A DNA stretch of 55,917 nucleotides, counting the filler, from Dugesia japonica (lineage: Eukaryota): assembly GCA_001938525.1 (NCBI GenBank). It is 5 parts of 5 records of this genome, joined end to end, with 100 filler letters (N's around TTAATTAATTAA, not from the genome) between each part and the next. Parts side by side here need not be neighbours in the genome. Positions count along the whole stretch, not along the records: positions 30,769 to 45,287 come from MQRL01638427.1; positions 45,388 to 55,917 come from MQRL01456385.1; 3 more parts are not named here. The stretch is one strand, 5' to 3'. Shown piece by piece: positions 38,970 through 49,154 of the stretch. A program made the position numbers and the translations under genes. Below the pieces are notes generated by a model. It had not been told where the DNA came from and ran no database searches. It saw only the letters and a program-made list of their open reading frames with translations. Within the stretch, counting starts at the first letter, position 1. Each line of letters starts with the position of its first letter.

Positions 38970-41900
38970 AAATTTAGAAAAAACTCCAAAATTTTACAAC
39001 ATTTAAAGAAAAAACCATCAAACTTAAATAACACGTTTTTGAAAAACATGGTGTCAAGTAAGTAGGGGGAACTACACGTAAATTGCGCAAAGATAAATAA
39101 AGGCTGTCTTTCAAACCGAAAAATTCTCTCCAAGACTTGACATCTCGGTTTGGCATGCGGATTGCTGTAGAAAACAACAAAAAGGAAGACACTAAGAAGT
39201 GGAAGGGGAACCCAATGAATTTAATCATTTACAATGGACTCACAATGGCTGATATCTTTTATAATAGATATATCAAAGTCAGCACAGGTAGCTTGTCCAT
39301 TGTCCCACTAGTTCTTTGTAGACCAGGCAATGCAGATTCTTATGCTAGCAAGTGCAAACTTCCTTATAACATTGACTTTGAAACCAACGTTTTTTAGGAC
39401 AGACTCATTTTCAACACCATGATTCCAGACATCCAACTGAGATCATCTCAAGGCAGACATTCCAATTTGGAAGATTACGCTTGATGTCTTCCTTCAGCGG
39501 TGTGTATTTCCTGATATTGTTTTCTTTACTCAATTTGATATTGTTTGATAAGAGTGTCATAAGGACCTTTCACATTCAGCAATTTAATTTTTCTCCTTTC
39601 CACATTACCAGTTGTAAATCAGCTTGACAGCGCGATTCACAAATTCGATTATCTGGTCAAAATAACTTTGAAATTTGTATTGTGTCAAACAAAGTTCGCA
39701 AGAAATTCCAAAACATCATTGTGACGCCTAATGCAAAAGCCCGACGATGAACCGCAGTGGCGAAGGACATGGGCTTGAGTTTCAACACGAAGGGCACATC
39801 TTCTGCAGAATTTTTTTCTGAGAACAAGATTAGATCCTACAGAAAGAGTGCATGTTTGTGCCGTATGTATAAAACGGCAACAATCTTAAGAGATAGGCCC
39901 GTCATAGAGTGAACTATTCTAGAGTGGGGACATACAAATTAAGGTGGAAATTGGACCATGTTTAAATTGAGCGTAACACTTTTTAGTATGTGACTAGCTC
40001 AGAATTTTGTGTAAGAATTTAGTCACTGTTCTCATATCCTTAAAATAAACCAGATAATTTCCTGTAGACAGGTTATCAACAAGATCAAGGCAGATTCCGA
40101 GCTCATTGCGCTGAAATCTTAAATTAAAAGCAAATTCTTTCTTTAGATAGGTAATTGACATCAGATTTTTCGACCACCAGCATTTCGATATCGTGCCAGT
40201 GACGTGAGTCTAAAGCCCGTTGAGCAACTCATCAATGGAGCATAGATATGAATGATTAAGCTGTTTGGATGCAGCATGAATAAGGTCATTTTTAGCTATC
40301 TTCCTAACTACTACATCTCACCTTTCACCTCTGATTTTAATCTTAACTAGCGAACTATTCTCCAAACAGGAGAGATAAGCACATTTATTCGGACGGAACT
40401 TCTAGGAAGACCAGTCAGCTAATTGAACAGCAACGTCAACCATTTTTCTGAAGTTAAGCCTTTGAAGAAGCAACCAAAGCAAGATCATCTGCATAGGCTA
40501 CGACTAAGGTGGAATGAACAGCACAATTAACTCCCCTCCAGGAGTCTTTGAGATTTCTTTGATGACAAGGTCAATGCCAATGTTAAGAAGTTACATTGGC
40601 AATGGGCATCCCTGTCGAACCCACTTCTGTTTTCAATAGGACTTTTAGAAGTCTCATTACATATATAGTAACTTGAGCAATCAGTATACAAGCTCCTAAT
40701 CAAACAAAAGGCCGCTTTTGACACGACCCATACGATCAAGTAAACCAAAGATAAGTGCAATGGTGATGTTTCCAAAAGCGTCAGCATTATCTAGAAAGCC
40801 GATATGTAAGTTAAAACTATTATATCGACTTTTTTCCTCAAAAAGACTGCAAAACAAGAAATTTTGCTCAGCGCACCCCTCAGGTTCTCCAGCACTCTTT
40901 TGAAAATTGTAAACCAGGTGAGATTTCCGAGCCCAAGTTGAGAGGCAAGACAAGCCATGAAACGCTTGTAAAGAAAATCCACCAGATCAATCGGTCGCCA
41001 AGAAAAGACAAGTTGATAAAACCCAGATAAGCCAGGCTTTGAAATCATAAGGGTTTTATAAACTCACCAACTCTCAGTAGTCATTCCACTTGAAAATATG
41101 TTGGAAAAGATTTTGTATACCAAGCGACAATTAGGATCTGCCGATTTGAGATCCTAGTAAGTAATGTTGTTGATACCAGGAGCAGAAACATACAAATTAA
41201 AAAGAGTATGTCTAATGGTAGCAACATCAGGACAAATAAACTCAAAAGTTTAATCACTGGACTTAATAAGAGGGTATAATACCTAATTAGTGAGTGGACC
41301 ATCTACAGATTTGGACTGAAAGCAAGATTCAAGATCACCCTGAGAAAGAAAACAATCAGCAGTAGCTTCGTTGGTTATCAGATTGAAAACTGCCTTTTGT
41401 GAGTATTTGAATCAGTCTTTTAGATTCAGATCCATCTCAAAGCGTTTGCTATTTTATTTAAAAATTAATATTTTTATATTTAATATTGCGGGCAGAGTGA
41501 ACAAAGCTGTAGAAAGAATCCACAGGAGTGTTGATGTCACTATTGTCCATTGATTTTAATATAATATCAAATTTAGTTTCTTTTTCNTTTTCCAAGATTT
41601 TATTAGACTGAGTGCCATTCTTGTTTTTTTAAAATTTACTTTAATTTTTAAAAAGTTATAAAAATTTAGATTTTATTAGACCAATATCCCCTCTTTGGAA
41701 AAGATTGAAGTTAGAAAGAGAGGGAATGTAGCCACAAAGTAGAAAGCTACTTTTACTATTCTTTTTCTGAAAGGTGAGAATGTTAAAGAGTTATTTTATT
41801 TGACAAATGTATTTACTCTGGCAGAATTCAAACATGCAATTAGGTAGCCTAATAATGTCCGGTTCTAATACAACATCACAGTCAGGAGGACCAAAGTCAA

Positions 41901-43058
41901 GAAAAACTGAAATCTTTTCAGCGACGTTAAATACAAAAAGGACCCATTTCTTACCTGAATTAAGAAACGGACAAAAAATAATCTCACGATTCTTAAATAA
42001 TTGATAAGATACTGTTTCTGAATCCTGATCAATACAAGCCAAAGACAATACCGGATCTTCAATAAGATGATTATTATTAGAAATTTGACCACTAGCAAAG
42101 TCAACAAGCTTCTTTGACAGAATTTGCATACCAGTGATAAGAGAATTAAGCACAAACTGGTTGACCTACACTAAACTCACAAGTTTTCTCAGAAATAATC
42201 CAAAGCCCTTCAACAAACTCTTTAACTTTCCGAATCTCAAGTTAAATAGAGGATCGCTATTGAAAAGTTTACAAAATGACTGCAATCATAACTATTTTGC
42301 TGGGTCTCTCTTTTGACTATAGCCTGATCATAGAGCACAAAAGTTTCATCAATGAATGTATTAAGCTTCTTAGTCATATGAATGCCATATTCAGCAGCCA
42401 TATCTGGTATAAAGGCTAATTTATGTGGATCAATATTGAAGATCAAAAACAAAGAGAATCCAGTGCTGGCTCCAAAGATTCATCGAGGAGACGATTGTGC
42501 TGGATTTAGAAAATTTTAAAAAATCGCATTCCAGCGAAATAAATGTGCCACTCTTAGCCAACACAATCTGTATGATACATGGATAAATAAAAAGAAATTT
42601 TGGATCACAAAAGTGAACATTCACGAAGGCATTGATTTGCACATCACTAAACCAACTCTTTCTAAGATTGAGACCAGAGATTGGGATTTCCACAGTTGAT
42701 AAAGGTGAAGCAATAGTGGCAACAACTGTGGAATGTAAGATGATAGTAGCGCATAAGCACAATCTTAAGCACAATTTTTTTAAAGCAGTTATCACCCATC
42801 CCGGGGGGGGAAAGGGGCTCGGAAACAAATTACGATTGTGCTATGATTTTTCGGTTAGTTTTTTTTCTAAGATTTTTGGGATCAAAATTATTTTGATTGG
42901 ATCAGCTTTTTTGATCCTTTGGATGTGTGTATTTTTAAATTTTAAAATGTTTGTGTGTTTTGGTTACTAAGGGCTTTTTAAAAAGTAGGTCAAGTTGAGT
43001 TTGTGTGTGTTCTTGTGTGTGTAAGAATGAATTTGGTTTTACGATTTGGTTGTGATTG
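38970..43058 (-). mobile_element. Decayed RLE non-LTR retrotransposon (NeSL/R2-group-like) with two N-terminal Ulp1/SENP-like domains; ends approximate
   Basis: Protease: WFSDVQI..HWILFVFD..QQNSYDC. RT: WRPI..LYK, LDNADAFG, RQGCPL, AYADDL. CCHC CRRC..ETQAHVLRHC and RRHN. RLE: ADL...LLNVKGPYD, KY..L, VGCLESW. ORF about 39230-42900. Confidence 0.9.
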
Positions 43059-43073
43059 GACAAAAATTGAAAA

Positions 43074-44413
43074 ATGATTTGCGCTAAAACTGAATTAAGT
43101 ATTTTTGATTGACCATTTCCTCAAGCTGTAATTGAAAGTGTAAGTTTCGAAGATATTTTTCCTACTAATTCAATGTCTGAATCACAAATTGACGTAGAGT
43201 TTTTTATAAACGGATCTCAAACAGAATATTTGAATTTGAATGATATTTGAATTTGAATGATATTTGAATCACAACCAAATCTTAAAAACTCCGAAGAAAT
43301 TATTTCCAAGATCTACAGCTCCTCCTTGAGCCCAAATTCATTCTTACACAAACAAGCACACACACAAACTCAACTTGACCTGGTATATTATTGTGAAGGT
43401 GGTTGATAAGGCTGTTAATGCTTTAGCTGACACTCATGATGCAGTTCCGAGTAATTATTTGCTGCATTCTCTTTTCAAGGATGTAATTCTTTCGTTTATT
43501 AATTTTTAAATTGAAGGTGGAAATGGATCTTATCTTTACAAAGCAATAATTGAAACTATAATAAATTATAATGGTTATAGTAAAAATATCTATCTTGCAG
43601 CAATGGGATATGGATTAGAAGCAGATAGAAAAAAGTCAATTGCAAAATAAAAAAAATTATTACTGTGATTCTTTGCTACTTGATTTCATGATCAACAGAA
43701 ATACCTTATTTCCGGTGTCAATGTTCATATTCGATTGAAACGATCACCTGCAAAGATTTATTTGGAATCTGCAGCTAACGAACCAAGATATGTATTACTA
43801 GATGCAAAATTAATAGTTAGACGTTTACGCGTTGAACCTTCAGTACTAGTTGCTCATCAATTGGGTCTAAAAAAGCAAAATGCTGTTGACCCAATAAGAA
43901 CCAAAGAAATGGTTGCAATTAGTTAAGACAGTTAATCGTTTATAAAGAACAAATCTTTGGTAAACTTCGATTATCAAGCTTTATTTTGGTTAAATTTTAA
44001 GTATAGAACAATATAATGGTAGTTAGAAAATCTTACGTTCAACATTTCACAATCTAGATGCTATTTCTATTTCCTTGACGAAAAAGACTGATTATTGAAA
44101 AAATATACTCTAGATTTTACAAACGATAATTATATGTTACAACATATATGCAATCTATACTACGAAATATGGGATATTTGCATAAGAATATGAATTGTGG
44201 AATAACACTTCAAGAATTTAAGAACAATTATCCTTTCTTTCATTTGTTCTTGCTCCGGATTTCGATATAAATCAGAGTAAATTACCTCAACAATGAGATT
44301 TAAGATTGGAAATCAAGTTTGCCATAGCTTTAACAACATCGGCATATGTTATAATTTATGGAGTATTTGAAAAGGAAATTCAGATAAAAGAAAACGGAAC
44401 AGTATTAGTGTAA
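43074..44413 (+). pseudogene. Major capsid protein (double jelly-roll/hexon-like) of Polinton/adintovirus-like element, decayed
   Basis: MICAKTELSIFD.PFPQ; VEFFINGSQTEYLNLND; PSNYLLHSLFKDV; KYLISGVNVHIRLKRS; LRLEIKFAIAL..VIIYGVFEKEIQI. Insertion at about 43244-43381. Confidence 0.88.
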
Positions 44414-44441
44414 ACAATATGTTGTGTAATTGGTACATGTT

Positions 44442-44827
44442 ATGAAGTAAGTGTTATTATATTAATGATTTTTATTTTTTAATAGTACTATTCAGATTGA
44501 TCGGATTGCATCAAAGTGGCTTGGATCAGCATGGTTATGTGTTTATGCGTTAGATAAACTTCAAAAATATATTCCAGTAAACAATGCCCTAATTGTCAAT
44601 ACTCATACATCAAATCTAGGTGGAGAACATTGGATAGCTGTTTTCAACAAACCTGCTCAAATACTGGTATTCGATACATCAGCATTTTATTATTCATCAA
44701 TGTTGATGTCACACTTATCAAAATATTGAAGCCAATAGTTTACAATAAAATCCGATATCGAGAACCGTTTACAACTACATGTGGTTAACACTGGTTATTA
44801 TGGTCAAAAAAACAACATTGTACTTGA
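44442..44827 (+). pseudogene. Adenain-like capsid maturation cysteine protease with a putative 39-nt intron (44447-44485)
   Basis: VYALDKL..IVNTHTSNLGGEHWIAV..VFDT...YNKIRY.EPFTTTCG. Lies directly downstream of MCP; one frameshift and a stop. Confidence 0.85.
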
Positions 44828-45245
44828 CAATATTCATTTGTTTTTGTAATAAAAAAAATGTATTTTATTGAAATGACATTTTTGTTATTTATTAAAACTA
44901 AGAATAAACATAATAAAATAAGAACATTTATTTATAACAACATTTAAAATTATATGCTAATAATACATATTTTTTATTATTTTGACACGTTTTATTATCA
45001 AAAAAATAAAATTTATTTAAAATACCACAACGTAATATATTTGTATTTCCTAGAATTGATTTAAAATACTGCAACGTAAATATCTGCAATATTTTAAATT
45101 AATTTAAAATTTTTAAATACATACATACTCAAATTTGATTGGTTAGATTTGAAAACCTTTGTAAAACTTATTATTCTTCATAAAAATTTCAAATTATTTT
45201 TACAAAACCAGTAAACAAATTCAAGAAAGCTTAAACTTATTTGTT

Positions 45246-45247
<2 letters not shown>

Positions 45248-45287
<40 letters not shown>
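45248..45287. repeat. (TAT)n microsatellite at scaffold end
   Basis: Direct run. Confidence 0.95.
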
Positions 45288-45387
45288 NNNNNNNNNNNNN
45301 NNNNNNNNNNNNNNNNNNNNNNNNNNNNNNNTTAATTAATTAANNNNNNNNNNNNNNNNNNNNNNNNNNNNNNNNNNNNNNNNNNNN
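45288..45387. other. Artificial scaffold linker
   Basis: 44 N + TTAATTAATTAA + 44 N. Confidence 0.97.
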
Positions 45388-46900
45388 GGTAAAAGATTAA
45401 CCGGAAACATGGTTGGATAAATGAAGTAGCAGTTAAAGGAGTAGTCTGAAAGATGATTAGACAAATGAATTATTGTGCGAAAAGGGGTAGACTGAAATAT
45501 GGTTAAACAGACAATGATTGGAGTAAAGGAGAAAAATACAACATGGTTGGATAACGAAGCTTTACTTATCGAGAAGTGCAGGATGGGTATCGGGACAGTC
45601 AACACAGGTCGATCCAAATGAACAGAGAGGGGACGCTGGTGGTAAAGAGAGTTCTATGATTATTGTGATGTTCAACGGGAACCACTCCTGTAGATTATTA
45701 ATGTTGGGTTTGAAACATAACCTTGTGTATTGAGTAGCCAATGGTGAGATATTAATTGCTGGGCTTGAAAGAAAGCCTTGAGTTTAATATGTGAAAGTAC
45801 CCCAGGAAAAGATGTCGTGGTAACTGAATCGATTTCGGGAAATAGGGCCCGCAATCAGTAAGCTAGAATCAGAAGTCTGATCAACTTCAACGAGGATAGC
45901 CCGTATGATTGTCTAATAACCAAGAGGGAAGACGTTATTATTGACTAATGGCAAAAAATCTTCGAAGTAATGTAACGGGAGAGAAGATCTTTTTGAGATA
46001 TGCTTGAGACTGACTTCGAGCTCCACGGCTGTAGATAAGGAGTACTGCTCTCGGGAACTAGCTACTTTGGATAGTTTTCAGGCCGAAAGAATTGAGATTT
46101 ATCTAGAAGAGATAAGTCATGAAGGTGTTGGCAACGCCAAGCACCCGTAAATGATAGGTTTACCACTTACAGCAGTTTGGTTGGTTTGGATTCACCATGA
46201 AATTTATTCTCTACAGTTATCTGCTCATAGCCCTACAGAATTTTATTGAAAAGGTGAAAAAGTCCTGGTAGACTCAGTCGAAATTGATTCGGAGAATCTT
46301 GTGATTTCATTTCACTGTTAACTAGAAGGTACATCAGTTGCCAAATATGGAATCAGTTTAGCGGGAGTTGGAAACCCAGGAAGAGTTTAAACGGTAATTT
46401 CACGTTAGAGCAATACGGAAGTTACGTATCAGCAGAATTTCGATTTTGACTGATATCCTTCACATTAGCAAGTAGACCAGAGCTGAAAAAAGAAGAAATA
46501 GACTCGCGGTTACTTCTAGAGATTATAGTTGAGAGTGTGACACATTAGTCGGAGAGCTTGGAGCTGAATCAAAATAGACTACCAGCTACTCCACGAGATT
46601 ATAGATTAGCGAAACGATAATCGAAGCTGAAATAATAAACTATCGGTTACTTGGAAATATTGGAAGTGAAATGTGATAATCGGAGCTGAATCGAAATAAA
46701 CTACCAGTTACTGGGTATTTATGGAGATAATAGTTTAGAGAAATAGCAGAGAATTTCAAGGAGACTTTAGCAGATATATCGCATGGTTGGAGTCGCCGAG
46801 ACCACCAATCAGTGCAAGCGATCAGAAATAAATGCTTAGAACCTTACTGGTTGGCCATCTAAAGGAGAACCCGGCTGAATATCTGATCAATGACAATGGA
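45388..46900 (-). mobile_element. Possible heavily decayed LINE relic (AP-endonuclease-like traces)
   Basis: Weak motifs SHHW, NPT, WIDL, LSNH in APE order, broken across frames. Confidence 0.3.
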
Positions 46901-47966
46901 ATAGTATTGAAACAATGATAAATGATATTGGAGATGAAAGTGTAGTGATGACTTTTAGCAGCGAAATTAAACGAGATTATTTTGAAGACATATTAAAAGT
47001 TGTTCGAGTTATTGGAGATTGAATTGTAGTGAAATATGAAGAGTATTATGGATATATTGAATAAAGTATTTTGGAAATATGTAGTGGTGTATAGATACTA
47101 ATGTGTACTAATGTGAAGTGTAGATGGGAAAGATATGGCCGAAGTATACAAAACGTACTATAAAGATGGTGATAAAGTAAAATCGTTATAGAGTTTAAGG
47201 TAATAGTCGACAAAAGTGAAGTAAAGTAAAAATAAATAAATCAGATAAGTGTGCAGTATGTAAAAAATGAGACTTAATATGTGTAGACGTGAATAAACAA
47301 CTAGAAGTATGTATATGTATAACAAAGGAAACGGTAACAATTGATAGTGAATTGGTAAAGTGTGTAATGAGAACTAACAAAGTATGAACAATGAATAATA
47401 GTGAACTTACATGTGTGTATTGAGAATTAACAAGTATGTGTTATGGACTAACAAAGTATGTATTGTGAATTAATAGAGTATGTAGTATGTGTATAATTAA
47501 TAAATTGTATGTGTAATAAAGAGTGTGTATATGGATAACAAGCTAACGCCAATTAATAATAAATGCATAAAGAAATGATGTAATTGGAGTGTAGAAGTCG
47601 AGAGGCTGTCATATTTTACTTTCAGGTTATTCAATAAATCAAACGATCGATAACTCAATCAGATAATTCACCATTGATAATTCAACTGACAAATACAATC
47701 TAAAAAATACAACAAATGATTAGAAATCGTATTCGAGTAAAAATTCACATCCAGCCAAGACACAGAGATTAGTATTGCTCAATCCGCAAAGCAGAAATCT
47801 ATACGATAAGTCATTCTTAATGGAGCCGGGAACTCTATCAACTTCAGTAAAATCTTCCGATAACTTATACGAGACTTGGGAAACCAAAACAAATCCGATC
47901 AACAATTCAAGATAGAATTACGGTACAATATTGTTGAGTAAATAAATTTCAGGAAGATCAAGTCTT

Positions 47967-49154
47967 ATGACTTCAGAGAAATTTGGAGATATCAGCGCAA
48001 TAACAATTTATCGACCAGCAAGTCAATTGGATAATTTCAGCAGTGACAGTTTAGAATCAAGTGATGACTCAAATATGTCCGATAACGAGATGAATAATCT
48101 AAATACAACGCTGAACGATGACAGTATGAGTGTAAGCAGGTATAAAAGTAAATATGGGTTGGAATGGAAGATGGAGTTCAATGATGAGCATTTTTTGGGC
48201 ACCCCAAAGAAATTAGAGAGTTTCACAGTGGCTTACGAGATTAATCAAAAGGCATGTAGATGATGTGAAGAGCGAGCAGTAGATTGACTACCATTGTATT
48301 TAAAAGAATCGGCAAAAACAATATATTGGAATAAAGTAAAATGGGTCAAAGATGGAATAAAGACGTGGGCAGCAGCGAAGAAGATTTTAGAAGACAACTT
48401 CAGACCATTGACATTACAAGGACAGGAAGTCCAAGATTTTACAGCAAGACGACAACTAAAAAACGAATCATTACAAGTTTATGCAACAGAACTATGGAGA
48501 CTCAGACAATTTGAGCTTGGAGAAGAAGTGCAAGATAAAGTAATTCTTTTAATATTTATTAAAGGTCTCAGAAATGCAGAAGTGGGTAAATGGGTAAACT
48601 TAAAGCAGCCAAAAACGGTGGATAAGGCTATAAATGAAGCAGGAATATCACAAAAGGTAGAAGCCTCACAGAAACAGGCAAGCATTTTTAAAATCGAGGA
48701 AGCAGAGGAAAAGAAAGTTTCAAAGATAACTGATTTTATACCAGCAAATACACAACCATTGTTGAAATCGTTGACTCCATGTAAGAATCAATTGGATAAC
48801 AGAAGACAATTTAATAACTCTAGAGGAGGATATAATGGTAGGCAAAATAATTGGCAATCAGCGGGTAATCAAAACTGTTTCAATTGTGGAAGATATGGAC
48901 ACATTACTAGAGAATGTCGATCAGCATCATTAAGTTGTACATTGTGTCAGAAAACAGGTCATACGGCAGATTGTTGTTTTACATTCAAGCCAATAGTATG
49001 TTATACTTGTAATAAACCAGGTCATACGAGCAGAAATTGTTTCAACAATACAAATCGGGGAGGATATGGAAATAACAATCGAGGATTCCAAAACAAGTCA
49101 AACAACCAAGCGATCGAGAGTATGATGGAACAAAATCATAATCTAAGACATTAA
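47967..49154 (+). pseudogene. Ty3/Gypsy-type Gag with three CCHC zinc knuckles
   Basis: FLG...F..AYE...*.E....LPLYLKESA capsid pattern; RRQLKNESLQVY..EL..L; FIKGL; CFNCGRYGHITREC, CTLCQKTGHTADCC, CYTCNKPGHTSRNC. In-frame TGA at 48261 and 48285. Confidence 0.9.

Noticed and set aside
39137-39397. Plus-strand 86-aa ORF as a Polinton gene
   Set aside because: Much of it is the antisense shadow of the RLE C-terminus and the rest overlaps the probable 3' UTR of the non-LTR element.
46479-46730. Repeat-spacer pattern as a CRISPR array
   Set aside because: Repeats are too degenerate, spacing is irregular, there are no cas genes and the context is eukaryotic.
47100-47630. 5' LTR and PBS of the gag-env element
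   Set aside because: Short degenerate repeats (ACTAACAAAGTATG) and AATAAA are present, but no second copy, TG..CA ends or tRNA-complementary PBS could be shown.
48261-48287. In-frame TGA as Trp (alternative genetic code) or programmed readthrough
   Set aside because: TAA and TAG stops and frameshifts are also frequent in the element, and host genes read in the standard code. Ordinary decay explains it.
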